Positions 1 through 9,093 of a DNA stretch of 32,000 nucleotides are shown in pieces; position 1 is the first letter of the stretch, and each line of letters begins with the position of its first letter. A model generated the notes under the pieces. It was given only the letters and a program-made list of their open reading frames with translations. It did not search any database and was not told the origin of the DNA. The stretch comes from Xylella taiwanensis (GTDB lineage: Bacteria; Pseudomonadota; Gammaproteobacteria; Xanthomonadales; Xanthomonadaceae): NCBI RefSeq assembly GCF_013177435.1, contig NZ_CP053627.1:1170001-1202000 (forward strand). Direction: 5' to 3'. The position numbers were made by a program, and so were the translations under genes.

Positions 1-427
1 TCGGAATCGCGTTCAGACCAGCTGCTGAAGTACCGCGCCCGATGGTGCCGTTGACGTTGATCTGCGCGGAGAGGTGGCGGCGTTTGTCGTTGACCAGCAC
101 CAGTGTTTGATCCGGGGCGAGTCCACGCATCTGTACCGGACGGATACCGGAGGTGCCATCTGTTAATGCTGGGTGCGGGAAGTTAAATGAGGGCAGGGTG
201 CGGGACAGTGCGGTCCCCAGTTCCGAACTCCCGGTGGCGGCTAGGTCTGCAGCGCTGATAATGTCGATCGGCGATTGAGATTCGGCCGCAGTACGCTGAG
301 TGACGTGGGTGCCGGTGACGATCACCGTGGCCAGTGTTGCAGGTGCCATGGTTTCCTGGCTGAAAGCAGGAGAGGCGATGAGGACGCTGGCTAAGATCGC
401 CACCGCCAGAGATAGAAACGGGTTCAT
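1..427 (-). CDS. TonB-dependent outer-membrane receptor, N-terminal part (gene continues beyond window start)
   Basis: Hand translation of the minus strand from the ATG at 427-425 gives MNPFLSLAVAILASVLIASPAFSQETMAPATLATVIVTGTHV...GIRPVQMRGLAPDQTLVLVNDKRRHLSAQINVNG. This shows a signal peptide, a TonB-box-like ATVIVTG and plug-domain style motifs. It is absent from the ORF track because it is open at the window edge. Confidence 0.75.
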   Translation of the reverse strand, partial: MNPFLSLAVAILASVLIASPAFSQETMAPATLATVIVTGTHVTQRTAAESQSPIDIISAADLAATGSSELGTALSRTLPSFNFPHPALTDGTSGIRPVQMRGLAPDQTLVLVNDKRRHLSAQINVNGTIGRGTSAAGLNAIP

Positions 428-579
428 CGCAACCTTCAATATGATGTTGTACTTGGTGGTGGAACGACAGCGCTGCGGTCTTGAGCTGTGTTCCGAACCC
501 AAAGCATCATAACGTTAAATAAAATGGCATCCCAGAATGGCTGTTTATCCGAGCTGTTTCTCTATCAAAGGAAAGCTGC

Positions 580-2517
580 ATGATTTCTCTACGTCATTTC
601 GCAATGCGCCGCGGTGGGCGGTTGTTGTTGTCCAATGTCGATGTCACCTTGCATGCGGGTAATCGTGTTGGCGTCGTTGGTCGCAATGGTGTTGGAAAGT
701 CCAGTCTGTTTGCAGCGATCCGTGGTGAATTGGAAGCGGACAAGGGCAATGTCGAGTTACCAGGAAAACTACGTATTGCCAGTGTTGCGCAGGAAACCCC
801 GTCGTTGCCGGATTCGGCTATCGATTTTGTACTCAGTGGCGACGATGTGGTTGCCACGGTGCTGCGTGTCGAGGCCGAGGCCAATGCACGCGAGGATTGG
901 GAGGCGGTTGCCGCTGCGCATCAGCGGTTAGCCGAGATCGGTGGTTACGATGCCGAAGCGCGTGCAGGTAAGTTGCTGCATGGCTTGGGTTTCCCCGCGG
1001 AGACTCAGCAGCGTCCAGTCTCAACTTTCTCTGGTGGTTGGCGGGTGCGTTTGAACCTGGCACGTGCACTGATGATGCCGAGCGATCTGTTGTTGCTGGA
1101 CGAACCAACCAACCATCTGGATATGGATGCCGTGCTCTGGCTGGAACAATGGTTGCTGAAGTACCCCGGTACGTTATTGCTGATCAGCCATGATCGTGAG
1201 TTCTTGGACAACGTTGCTACGCATGCTCTGCACTTACATGATGGCAACGCCAAGCTATACGTAGGTGGCTACACTGACTTCGAGCGTCAACGTGCCGAGC
1301 AGCTACGTCAGCAACAGATTGCTTTCGAGAAGGATCAAGCCGAGCGGGTTCACTTGCAGAGCTTCATCGACCGTTTTAAGGCGAAGGCATCGAAGGCTCG
1401 GCAGGCGCAGAGCCGGATTAAACGTCTAGAGAAGTTGGCTGGAACGGAGGCCGTGCGTGTGGAGCGTGAATTCCACATTACATTCGCGCCGCCAACCAAG
1501 CTGCCGCATTCGTTGATCACGTTACAGCAGGTGAATTGCGGTTATTCGCGATGCTCCTCGTCTGCCACCTTTGATCCTGCACCTGTCAGCATCAATACCG
1601 CTGGACATTCGCAGCATGCTGTGATTCTTCGCGGTGTTGACTTTGGTCTTGAGGCTGGGGATCGCATCGGTCTGCTCGGCCCCAATGGCGCTGGTAAATC
1701 GACGCTGGTCAAGACATTGGTGGGTGACCTGCCCCCCTTGGCTGGTGAGCGTATTGCTCATCCTGACCTGCGTATCGGCTATTTTGCACAACATACGGTC
1801 GAATCACTGTATGAGGGGCAGTCGCCGATTGATCATTTCCGTAGGCTTTCACCCGAGGTGTCGATCCAATCCTTGCGTGATTTTTTGGCCAAGTGGAATT
1901 TTCCTGGGGATCGCGCATTCGAGTCCGTGGATGGTTTTTCGGGCGGTGAGCGTGCGCGTCTGGCCTTGTCGTTGATTGCTTGGCGGCAGCCGAATGTGTT
2001 GTTGCTTGATGAGCCTACCAACCACCTGGATCTGGAGATGCGTGAGGCGCTGGCTGAAGCGCTGAGCGATTTCGATGGGGCGATCGTGATGGTCTCGCAC
2101 GACCGTCACTTGATTGGCTTGGTGTGCGACACGTTTTGGCGTGTTGCTGATGGTGTGGTCGAGCCGTTTGCTGGTGATCTTGACGAATACGCCGCTTGGC
2201 TGCGGACACGTCCAGCCGCACGTGGGGTGCGTGCCAAGTTGACTGAAGTCAATCAGCCGCGGACCGCTGTGGCCGCCAAGTTGACTTCCTCTCAGGTCCC
2301 TGTGAAGAGGCCAGCCAACCCACAAAAGCTGGCCGCTGCGGAGAAGCATGTGGGTGAATTGGAGACGGTTTTGGCCGAATTGGACAGCAAACTTGCCGAT
2401 CCGGCCAACTATGCTAATAGCGCAGTGATGATGCGTCTTGGTGATGAGCGCGAGCGTGCTGCCAGACAGTTGGCTGAAGCCGAGCAGGCTTGGTTGCTTT
2501 TGATGGATGGGGCCTGA
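580..2517 (+). CDS. ABC-F family ATPase (YheS/Uup-like, two nucleotide-binding domains, no membrane domain)
   Basis: 645-aa ORF with two Walker A motifs (GRNGVGKS, GPNGAGKS), two signature/Walker B regions (FSGGWRVRLNLARAL..LLLLDEPTNHLD and FSGGERARLALSL..VLLLDEPTNHLD) and a charged coiled-coil-like C-terminus. AAGGAAAG lies upstream of the ATG. Confidence 0.9.
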   Translation: MISLRHFAMRRGGRLLLSNVDVTLHAGNRVGVVGRNGVGKSSLFAAIRGELEADKGNVELPGKLRIASVAQETPSLPDSAIDFVLSGDDVVATVLRVEAEANAREDWEAVAAAHQRLAEIGGYDAEARAGKLLHGLGFPAETQQRPVSTFSGGWRVRLNLARALMMPSDLLLLDEPTNHLDMDAVLWLEQWLLKYPGTLLLISHDREFLDNVATHALHLHDGNAKLYVGGYTDFERQRAEQLRQQQIAFEKDQAERVHLQSFIDRFKAKASKARQAQSRIKRLEKLAGTEAVRVEREFHITFAPPTKLPHSLITLQQVNCGYSRCSSSATFDPAPVSINTAGHSQHAVILRGVDFGLEAGDRIGLLGPNGAGKSTLVKTLVGDLPPLAGERIAHPDLRIGYFAQHTVESLYEGQSPIDHFRRLSPEVSIQSLRDFLAKWNFPGDRAFESVDGFSGGERARLALSLIAWRQPNVLLLDEPTNHLDLEMREALAEALSDFDGAIVMVSHDRHLIGLVCDTFWRVADGVVEPFAGDLDEYAAWLRTRPAARGVRAKLTEVNQPRTAVAAKLTSSQVPVKRPANPQKLAAAEKHVGELETVLAELDSKLADPANYANSAVMMRLGDERERAARQLAEAEQAWLLLMDGA

Positions 2518-4219
2518 GGCGATGTGCCAGGCTGAATTTAAAGGCAGGTTTTGCTTCGATCTAAGAGGGGGCTATCACTGCGGCTGTGGAGCAATACAGC
2601 AGGATTGAGTCCCCTGGATAGGGTATTGGGAGCTGGGCAGCATCGCATCGTTGAGCGTGTTCCTAGAGCTTATGGTGGTTACTAGGTTGCTGGTGGTTAC
2701 TTAAGTGGATTTTTTCTGCTGTTGCGGTGGTGTTGACCTCTGATGAACAGATTCACCCTTGTTGTTGGTATGTTGCATGGTGTGTATGCCTGCATTTTCC
2801 AGAATTTTCTTAACCCGTTTGGGTCTTGATGACATTTGCAGGCTTTGAGAGACGGCTTGTTGTGCGAATACGTTAGGATGGTTGTTATGCGACGCGAACG
2901 GAGACTGGCGGGTAAGGCAGGTAGGTCATTTGAGTCTCATAGCGATCAAGCACTAGTGATTCTTCTAAAGTCTTACGACGGATAGTTTGAACAGGCTGTC
3001 CGTGGCGTAACGTGCTGATGGGATTGAATGCATCCCGAACGACTGAACGATTGCGGGTGTGTATCAGTAGGCAGCTGGCTGCTCAAAAACAGTCCACTGC
3101 AACGGTTTGTGTGTTCCTGATGTCGCTTGATGAAAGGCTACTTACTAGTGGTCGACGTTTCGTGTCAGTCGGTACGGTTGATCTTCACAGCAGTACAAAC
3201 CCAAGAGATTTGGTGTGCCAAGGAAATGTTCGATCATCTGTCTGTCAACGCTGGCATTGCTGACAAGTATGATGATGTTCAATGTCTCGGTCACTGGGGT
3301 TGGATTTCATGCTGCCAAGGGTGTCATTCCAGAGCGTTTGCAGTGCGAGTTGGAATGCTGCAACAGTCGGGGTTGTATCGCGTGCGCAATATGATTCAAT
3401 GCTGCTTGAAGCGTATCAAGCATTGTTTTTCGGGTTTCCGATGACATGTTTTATTTCGCTTTGCCTGTAGGGTTGGGTGATGCGTAAAAATATAAACACC
3501 ACTTAATGTTTCGTGCACTTTCTTTATGGAAGTAACGATATATAGTGAGTCCCACGCATCATCACTGTTTACCTTGTATACATTGCTTGTAAATAAGGAG
3601 TTTATAGCGATTTGAGCGTGTTATTGCGTGGTGTATATCTGTGCTTGTGGTTGTTTTGAATTATGTGGAAAATCTCAGTTGGTGTGCTTGTGATCACGCT
3701 GTGCTGTGGATATGAGTTGAATTGTTCACGATCAGCTAGCATCACTCTTTGGATAAGTTGCCGCATCTCTCTTTTTCAGAGTATTGGGTTGCCAGATTTT
3801 TCAATTTATTAAGACGTATGAGGTATATAGCGATGTTCGACGTAGATGCAACGATCTCGTGTAAATGATTAATATCATGGCCGAGCCTAATGTCATTTAA
3901 TGAATAACAGCTTGCAAGCCATGTTCTTTTACGGCGTCGTCGGCATTTATCGCTACCCACTAACTTAATTCGGTTGCAGTCGTATCAATGAGTCAATATC
4001 GTTTCTTTGTTTGGTTGTTGTACTGAGTATCAGTAAGCTGTTGTCATTTTCAGGGGCCTGTGGCTTAGCCTACACCACACAGTACGTGAGTCGGAGGATA
4101 GCCGAAGCCCCAACCTACCAATGCAGCTTTACTCTGGGACGCGGTGGCACGAGGGTATGCGATAGGATCAAGGTGTCTAACATGCTGAAATTTTTATTGC
4201 ATTTGCATGAAGGTTTTCC

Positions 4220-4239
4220 ATGATGGCTGCAGCCATCAT
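4220..4239. repeat. Perfect 20-bp palindrome ATGATGGCTGCAGCCATCAT
   Basis: Read directly; the sequence equals its own reverse complement. It lies about 30 nt beyond the 3' end of tRNA-Cys. No U/T run follows on either strand, so it is not a canonical terminator. Confidence 0.9.
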
Positions 4240-4246
4240 AGAACCT

Positions 4247-4274
4247 AAAAAACTCCAATAGCGGTCTGTATTGG
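4247..4274 (-). terminator. Weak candidate intrinsic terminator of the tRNA-Gly/tRNA-Cys transcript
   Basis: Minus strand reads CCAAUA-CAGACCGC-UAUUGG-AG-UUUUUU. This is a 6-bp AU-rich stem that includes the tRNA CCA end, an 8-nt loop, then a U6 run. Confidence 0.35.
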
Positions 4275-4345
4275 AGGCCTGGGTCGGAATCGAACCGGCG
4301 TACACGGATTTGCAATCCGCTGCATAACCACTCTGCCACCAGGCC
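4272..4345 (-). tRNA. tRNA-Cys (anticodon GCA)
   Basis: Reverse complement is GGCCTGGTGGCAGAGTGGTTATGCAGCGGATTGCAAATCCGTGTACGCCGGTTCGATTCCGACCCAGGCCTCCA. It has a 7-bp acceptor stem, anticodon loop TTGCAAA, T-loop GGTTCGATTCC and an encoded CCA. Confidence 0.92.
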
Positions 4346-4415
4346 GGGAACAGGATTGTATAGGAAATGTGCTTCTTGCGAATCGAAATACTGCAATATC
4401 TCTCAAGCGGAGATC

Positions 4416-4491
4416 TGGAGCGGGAAACGAGGCTCGAACTCGCGACCTCAACCTTGGCAAGGTTGCGCTCTACCAACTGAGCTATTCCCGC
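4416..4491 (-). tRNA. tRNA-Gly (anticodon GCC)
   Basis: Reverse complement is GCGGGAATAGCTCAGTTGGTAGAGCGCAACCTTGCCAAGGTTGAGGTCGCGAGTTCGAGCCTCGTTTCCCGCTCCA, nearly identical in architecture to enterobacterial glyV/W-type tRNA-Gly(GCC). Confidence 0.93.
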
Positions 4492-4527
4492 TTGGGGGCT
4501 AGAATCGTACACGTCTAGTGAATGCTG

Positions 4528-5163
4528 TCAACTCTTAATCTTTCGATCCTTTCTGGTTTGCGTTTTAATCACCACAGGTTTTCCGGTGCGTAAGCTTGGC
4601 CAAGCGGCGCGCAAGTACTGGAAACCTGACCACAATGTCAGTAATGCGGCAATCACCAATGTCCAATAACCGACTTGGAAGGTCAAGTGACCAAACCATA
4701 TCTGATGCATCGTCCTCTTCCCGGGAGTGACTGAATATAGCAGACACAGTAGCGCAATCATTTGAGCAGTAGTCTTAACCTTGCCAAGGATGGCCACACG
4801 CACCTTGGTACGCTGACCAATCTCGGCCATCCACTCACGCAATGCCGAAACTGCAATTTCACGACTGACGATCACCGCTGCCCAGAATGCCATCCACGGT
4901 GTCGGGTGACCTTGCACAATGAGGAACAACGCGATGGCGACCATCAATTTGTCCGCAACTGGGTCTAGAAACGCACCCAATACCGAATGCTGTGCATAGC
5001 GACGCGCGATCCATCCATCAAGCCAGTCGGTGATGGCAGCGATCGCAAACACCCCCGTGGCGAGAATATGGGTACATTGGTAAGGCAGGTAGAACACCAC
5101 AATCAGCACAGGGATCATTACGATCCGTAGCAGCGTCAACCAAGTGGGCAGGGTCAACCTCAT
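4528..5163 (-). CDS. pgsA: CDP-diacylglycerol--glycerol-3-phosphate 3-phosphatidyltransferase
   Basis: 211-aa multi-pass membrane ORF with the CDP-alcohol phosphatidyltransferase motif (DWLDGWIARR...GAFLDPVADK). Its ATG overlaps the uvrC stop by 1 nt (TAATG). It sits in the uvrC-pgsA-tRNA synteny. Confidence 0.9.
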   Translation of the reverse strand: MRLTLPTWLTLLRIVMIPVLIVVFYLPYQCTHILATGVFAIAAITDWLDGWIARRYAQHSVLGAFLDPVADKLMVAIALFLIVQGHPTPWMAFWAAVIVSREIAVSALREWMAEIGQRTKVRVAILGKVKTTAQMIALLCLLYSVTPGKRTMHQIWFGHLTFQVGYWTLVIAALLTLWSGFQYLRAAWPSLRTGKPVVIKTQTRKDRKIKS

Positions 5164-7025
5164 TACGTCCTCGACTCATATTCCATATTGCATGTCGACA
5201 GTCCGTGTAGGCTGGCGTAAATCCTTGCTGCCAACGCAGCACTGATCCCTTCTACCCGTGCGATTTCGGCTTGCCCGGCAGCCTTGAGTCCAGCCAATCC
5301 ACCAAAATGCTTGAGGAGATTGGCCCGACGGCGCGAACCGATTCCAGGAATCTCTTCCAACTTACTGGTCATACGTGTTTTCTGCCGACGCCCACGGTGT
5401 CCAGTGATCGCAAACCGGTGTGCTTCGTCACGAACCTGCTGAATGAACTGCAAGGCAGGTGAAGCCGTACCTGGACGTAGCTCGTATCCGTCTGGCATGA
5501 CCAGCATCTCGTGCCCGGCACGGCGCTCTTCACCCTTGGATACGCCTACCACCAGCACACTGTCCACCCCAAGGGTGGTGAGTACCATCTTGGCTTGTGC
5601 TAGCTGGCCAGCACCGCCGTCAATTAATAGCACGTCTGGTAGCTCTCTTTGTTCATCTTCTTTGACCGCATGGCGGAAGCGTCTCTCGATGGCCTGGCGC
5701 ATCGCTGCATAGTCGTCACCTGGGGTAATGCCAGCGATGTTGTAACGCCGGTACTGAGAACGTACCGGACCAACAGCATCGAACACCACACAAGAGGCCA
5801 CGGTGGCCTCGCCCATAGTGTGACTGATGTCGAAGCATTCCACACGTTTGATTGGAGCGTCCATACCGAGCAGTTGACGTACTGCCTCACTGCGTGCTCG
5901 CTGGGCACTTTGGCTGGTGAGTTCGGTAGATAAGGCCACTTGAGCGTTGCGTACGGCTAATTCGACATAACCGGCACGCTCACCGCGGACGTTCCAGCGC
6001 AGGCTGATTTTACGTTTGACGGTACTACTTAATGCCGCCTCAAGCAGTGTGTGATCGGGGATTTCCCGGTCGAGCAGAATCTCCGGGGGAGGCGGGTACT
6101 CGGCGTAGTATTGAGAGACGAATGCACTGAGTATCTCAGCCGTGCGTTCTTCACCGTTGGTCTTGGGGAAGAACACACGGGTGCCCAGGTTGCGGCCATC
6201 ACGGAAACTGAGGAGCAATACGCACGCTTGACCAGATAGAGCTGAGCATGCCAACACGTCCAAATCTGCGGCGCGGCCGTCGACATATTGCCGATTTTGC
6301 ATGCTGCGCAGTGAGGTGAGCAAGTCGCGCAAGCGTGCCGCATGCTCAAATTCCAGATGTTCGCTGGCAACTTGCATGGCCTGTATCATCTCTTCGGCAA
6401 GCAGGTCGCTTTTCCCTTCAAGAAACAGCGTGACGCGGTGTACTGCCTCAGTGTAGTTTTCATTGGTGACCAAGCCGACGCACGGCGCACTGCAACGCCC
6501 GATTTGATATTGCAGGCATGGTCGCGAACGGTTGCGGAACACGCTGTCCTCACAACTGCGTAGCTTGAACAGCTTGTGCATCAGATTCAGCATTTCGCGT
6601 ACCGCAGTCACCCCTGGATACGGACCGAAGTAGCGGCCCGGTACCATCTGTGGGCCGCGGTGCAGTGCGATGCGTGGCCATGCTTCACGGGTCAGCAGTA
6701 CGTATGGGTAACTCTTGTCGTCCCGCAGTAAGACGTTGTAGCGCGGGGCCAGTGACTTGATCAGCTGGTTCTCCAGCAGCAGGGCTTCGGCCTCGTTGCG
6801 CGTGATGGTCACGTCCATGCGTACAACCTGGGCGAGCATGGCTGTTAACCGTGTATTCTTTGGGATGCCATTGAAATAGCTGGCAACACGCTTGCGCAGC
6901 GCACCTGCTTTGCCAACGTACAACAGCGTATCGTCGGCAGCGTACATACGGTAGACGCCAGGTGCGGTACTCAGCTGCGCAGCGAACCTTTTTCCATCGA
7001 ATGTAATTGGTGCGTTCTCAGTCAT
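5163..7025 (-). CDS. uvrC: Excinuclease ABC subunit C
   Basis: ORF with a GIY-YIG N-terminus (GVYRMYAADDTLLYVGKA...RKRVASYF), a UVR domain, an Endo-V-like domain and C-terminal (HhH)2. I prefer the ATG at 7025 (MTENAPITFDGKRF). The track start at 7055 is a GTG 10 codons upstream. Confidence 0.92.
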   Translation of the reverse strand: MTENAPITFDGKRFAAQLSTAPGVYRMYAADDTLLYVGKAGALRKRVASYFNGIPKNTRLTAMLAQVVRMDVTITRNEAEALLLENQLIKSLAPRYNVLLRDDKSYPYVLLTREAWPRIALHRGPQMVPGRYFGPYPGVTAVREMLNLMHKLFKLRSCEDSVFRNRSRPCLQYQIGRCSAPCVGLVTNENYTEAVHRVTLFLEGKSDLLAEEMIQAMQVASEHLEFEHAARLRDLLTSLRSMQNRQYVDGRAADLDVLACSALSGQACVLLLSFRDGRNLGTRVFFPKTNGEERTAEILSAFVSQYYAEYPPPPEILLDREIPDHTLLEAALSSTVKRKISLRWNVRGERAGYVELAVRNAQVALSTELTSQSAQRARSEAVRQLLGMDAPIKRVECFDISHTMGEATVASCVVFDAVGPVRSQYRRYNIAGITPGDDYAAMRQAIERRFRHAVKEDEQRELPDVLLIDGGAGQLAQAKMVLTTLGVDSVLVVGVSKGEERRAGHEMLVMPDGYELRPGTASPALQFIQQVRDEAHRFAITGHRGRRQKTRMTSKLEEIPGIGSRRRANLLKHFGGLAGLKAAGQAEIARVEGISAALAARIYASLHGLSTCNMEYESRT

Positions 7026-7051
7026 GTTTCGATGATGTTGCGCACTTTGCT

Positions 7052-7754
7052 TCACCGTTGCCGGTATTGAGGATTCACAGTACCAAGGCCTTTGAGGCTA
7101 ACGCGATTGCCTGAGGGAATGCCAGTCAAGTTTGGTTGTTTGGATCTTCGGTTCTGTTGAACGAGTACACCCTTTGTCAGTCCAGCTGCGGCGGTATCAA
7201 GATGCTGCATTGCAATTGGTGCTGGTACAAAAAGATGCAGATTGTGGTTGCTGCTTCCTTGCATCCTGCGGCAGGTGTGCCAAACCAGCGTGTTGCGCTC
7301 GCAACGGTAACCCTGGATCCGAGTTTTGCTGATGATCCGGATCAACATTTGATTGTTTGCCAATGTCAAGTTGTACAGCTTGTGGTGTACAGGTACGGAC
7401 GGTGTGATCAGTACTTTTTCGAATCAATCCTAAGCGTGGCCATTGCGGCGCAGGAGAGTCACGATATCGTTGTGCAGGTTGACTTGGCATAGCGATAGTG
7501 CATGGTTTCCTGTGTCGGTGGTGTAAAGGAATTTGCTTCCCGGGATGAAAGCGTCACCAAACATCCTTATGACAATCCAACAGGATTGGTATTTGTCCGT
7601 TTTCTTTGCTTAACTGTTTGAGATCCAAGTCCAGTTCATATAGTGCCGGTACCATCACCTGCCGTTTGTCTAGAGTGTGTGTCCGCCAGTGGATTCGTTC
7701 CTGAAGACATGGAGTGCAACACGTCGAGCTGTTATTGAGAAACGTGATGGGCAT
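7052..7754 (-). pseudogene. Possible relic of a NarL/LuxR-family response regulator (uvrY/gacA position), interrupted by stops and frame changes
   Basis: By-eye, collinear receiver-like segments in three minus-strand frames: MPITFLNN (beta1, DD position reads NN), YELDLDL (beta3/phospho-Asp region), IPILLDCHKD (beta4), AFIPGSKFLYT (AGAxGFLxK-like), then an HTH-like LTLANNQMLIRII...LVWHTCRRM. No frame is intact. Identity to real regulators is low. Confidence 0.3.
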
Positions 7755-7858
7755 GGGGAGTTTGTGGTTCCTGTACGGCGCAGTTGGAAGCATGTTTAGC
7801 CATTCCGTGAATGTTTGGGGCGTGAACCTGTTCATCTCTGGATGATCAGCAAAGCGAC

Positions 7859-8323
7859 TCAAACACGCGTGAGCCGCACCAAGCTGGCCTGTGCAGCTGC
7901 GTCAATCAATTTCCAAGCATGCTCGAAGTCCTCCGCGTCGCCAATGTACGGATCCGGTATCTCGTGTTCGTGTGTGATTCCTGACCAAGGCAGCCACAGG
8001 ACGACTTTATGTTCTAACCCGTGTGGGGCTAAGTGGAGTAGGTCGTGTTGGTTCGATGCGTCGGCGCAGAGCAGCCAGTCGAAGCGCTCGAAATCTGCAC
8101 GTTGTATCTGGCGTGCGCGCAGCGTGGAGATGTCGATACCATGGTTGTGTGCGCAACGGATGGCACGCGCGTCCGGGGGGTGGCCAACATGCCAGCTTCC
8201 GGTGCCGGCCGAGTCCACTTCGATCTGGTCCTTTTTGCCAACTTTGGTGATGTGCCAGCGTAATGCTCCCTCGCCCATTGGGGAGCGGCAGATGTTACCC
8301 AAGCAAACGACCAACAGTCTCAT
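7859..8323 (-). CDS. Low-molecular-weight protein-tyrosine phosphatase
   Basis: 154-aa ORF starting [18 protein letters not shown] (CX5R(S/T) P-loop) with a DPY motif near the C-terminus. Its ATG overlaps the kdsB stop (ATGA at 8320-8323). Confidence 0.9.
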   Translation of the reverse strand: MRLLVVCLGNICRSPMGEGALRWHITKVGKKDQIEVDSAGTGSWHVGHPPDARAIRCAHNHGIDISTLRARQIQRADFERFDWLLCADASNQHDLLHLAPHGLEHKVVLWLPWSGITHEHEIPDPYIGDAEDFEHAWKLIDAAAQASLVRLTRV

Positions 8324-9093
8324 GCATGCTCCAATGCCGCCTCGGCTCTCGCCAAGTCTTCAGGGGTATCGATACCAGGTGGGAAATGCTCCGGAGTCAT
8401 CCTGACTACGATCCGGTGGCCCGCTTCCAGCACACGTAGTTGTTCCAGGGATTCAATCCGCTCCAGTGTGCTCGGCGGCATTGCGGCGAACTGTTGCAGG
8501 AAGCCAGCGTTGTAAGCGTAGATACCGATGTGACGCAACCACGGACCCAATGTCAGTTGTTTGCGAGCTGTGGCGAAGTCCTCTCGATGCCACGGGATCG
8601 GTGCACGGCTAAAGTACAACGCTTTCCCATGTACGTCACACACCAGCTTGACTATGTTTGGGTCGAATAGGTCTTCGCTCTTGTCGATTGTCGTTGCGAG
8701 CGTGGCCATTGTGGCATTGGTGTCCTGTAGTAATGCAGCCACAGCACGGATCCCCGCAGCTGGCGCGAACGGCTCATCGCCCTGCAGGTTGACTACGCAC
8801 ACATCAGGATCCCATCCGGCGATGCGTGCGCACTCGGCTAAGCGGTCGGTCCCAGACAGGTGAGTTTTTGCGGTCATCGCCACGTGCACACCATCAAGAG
8901 AAGCGACTGCTTCAGCAATGCGTGCGTCATCGGTTGCAACCCATACTTCCCGTGCGCCGGCATCGAGTGCCCGCTCGGCTACCCTATAGATTAGCGGCTG
9001 GTCGCCCAGTAGACGCAGCGGTTTGCCGGGCAGTCGCGATGCGCCAAAACGTGCAGGAACAGCGACCACGAAGGGCACGATTTCGACACTCAT
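8320..9093 (-). CDS. kdsB: 3-deoxy-manno-octulosonate cytidylyltransferase (CMP-KDO synthetase)
   Basis: ORF with [19 protein letters not shown] and the LQGDEP motif. I prefer the ATG at 9093 (MSVEIVPF) preceded by GGGAAA. The track start at 9114 is a TTG. Confidence 0.9.
   Translation of the reverse strand: MSVEIVPFVVAVPARFGASRLPGKPLRLLGDQPLIYRVAERALDAGAREVWVATDDARIAEAVASLDGVHVAMTAKTHLSGTDRLAECARIAGWDPDVCVVNLQGDEPFAPAAGIRAVAALLQDTNATMATLATTIDKSEDLFDPNIVKLVCDVHGKALYFSRAPIPWHREDFATARKQLTLGPWLRHIGIYAYNAGFLQQFAAMPPSTLERIESLEQLRVLEAGHRIVVRMTPEHFPPGIDTPEDLARAEAALEHA

Noticed and set aside
4053-4112. tRNA-like fold (GGGGC...GCCCC closing stem, TCGG-AGGATAG-CCGA arm), possibly a tRNA-Leu remnant
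   Set aside because: It is only about 60 nt, with no credible D or anticodon arms and no T-loop consensus. It is on the opposite strand to the tRNA operon.
4115-4512. Three minus-strand ORFs (71-111 aa) covering the tRNA region
   Set aside because: They run through the tRNA-Cys and tRNA-Gly genes, and the tRNA interpretation fully explains the sequence conservation.
7554-7862. 102-aa ORF overlapping the phosphatase stop by 4 nt (TTGA) as an intact gene
   Set aside because: It has only a TTG start and a Thr/Pro/His/Asn/Gln-rich N-terminal third typical of the A+C-rich minus strand. Its C-terminal part is better explained as the receiver-domain piece of a decayed response regulator. It is kept as part of the pseudogene hypothesis.
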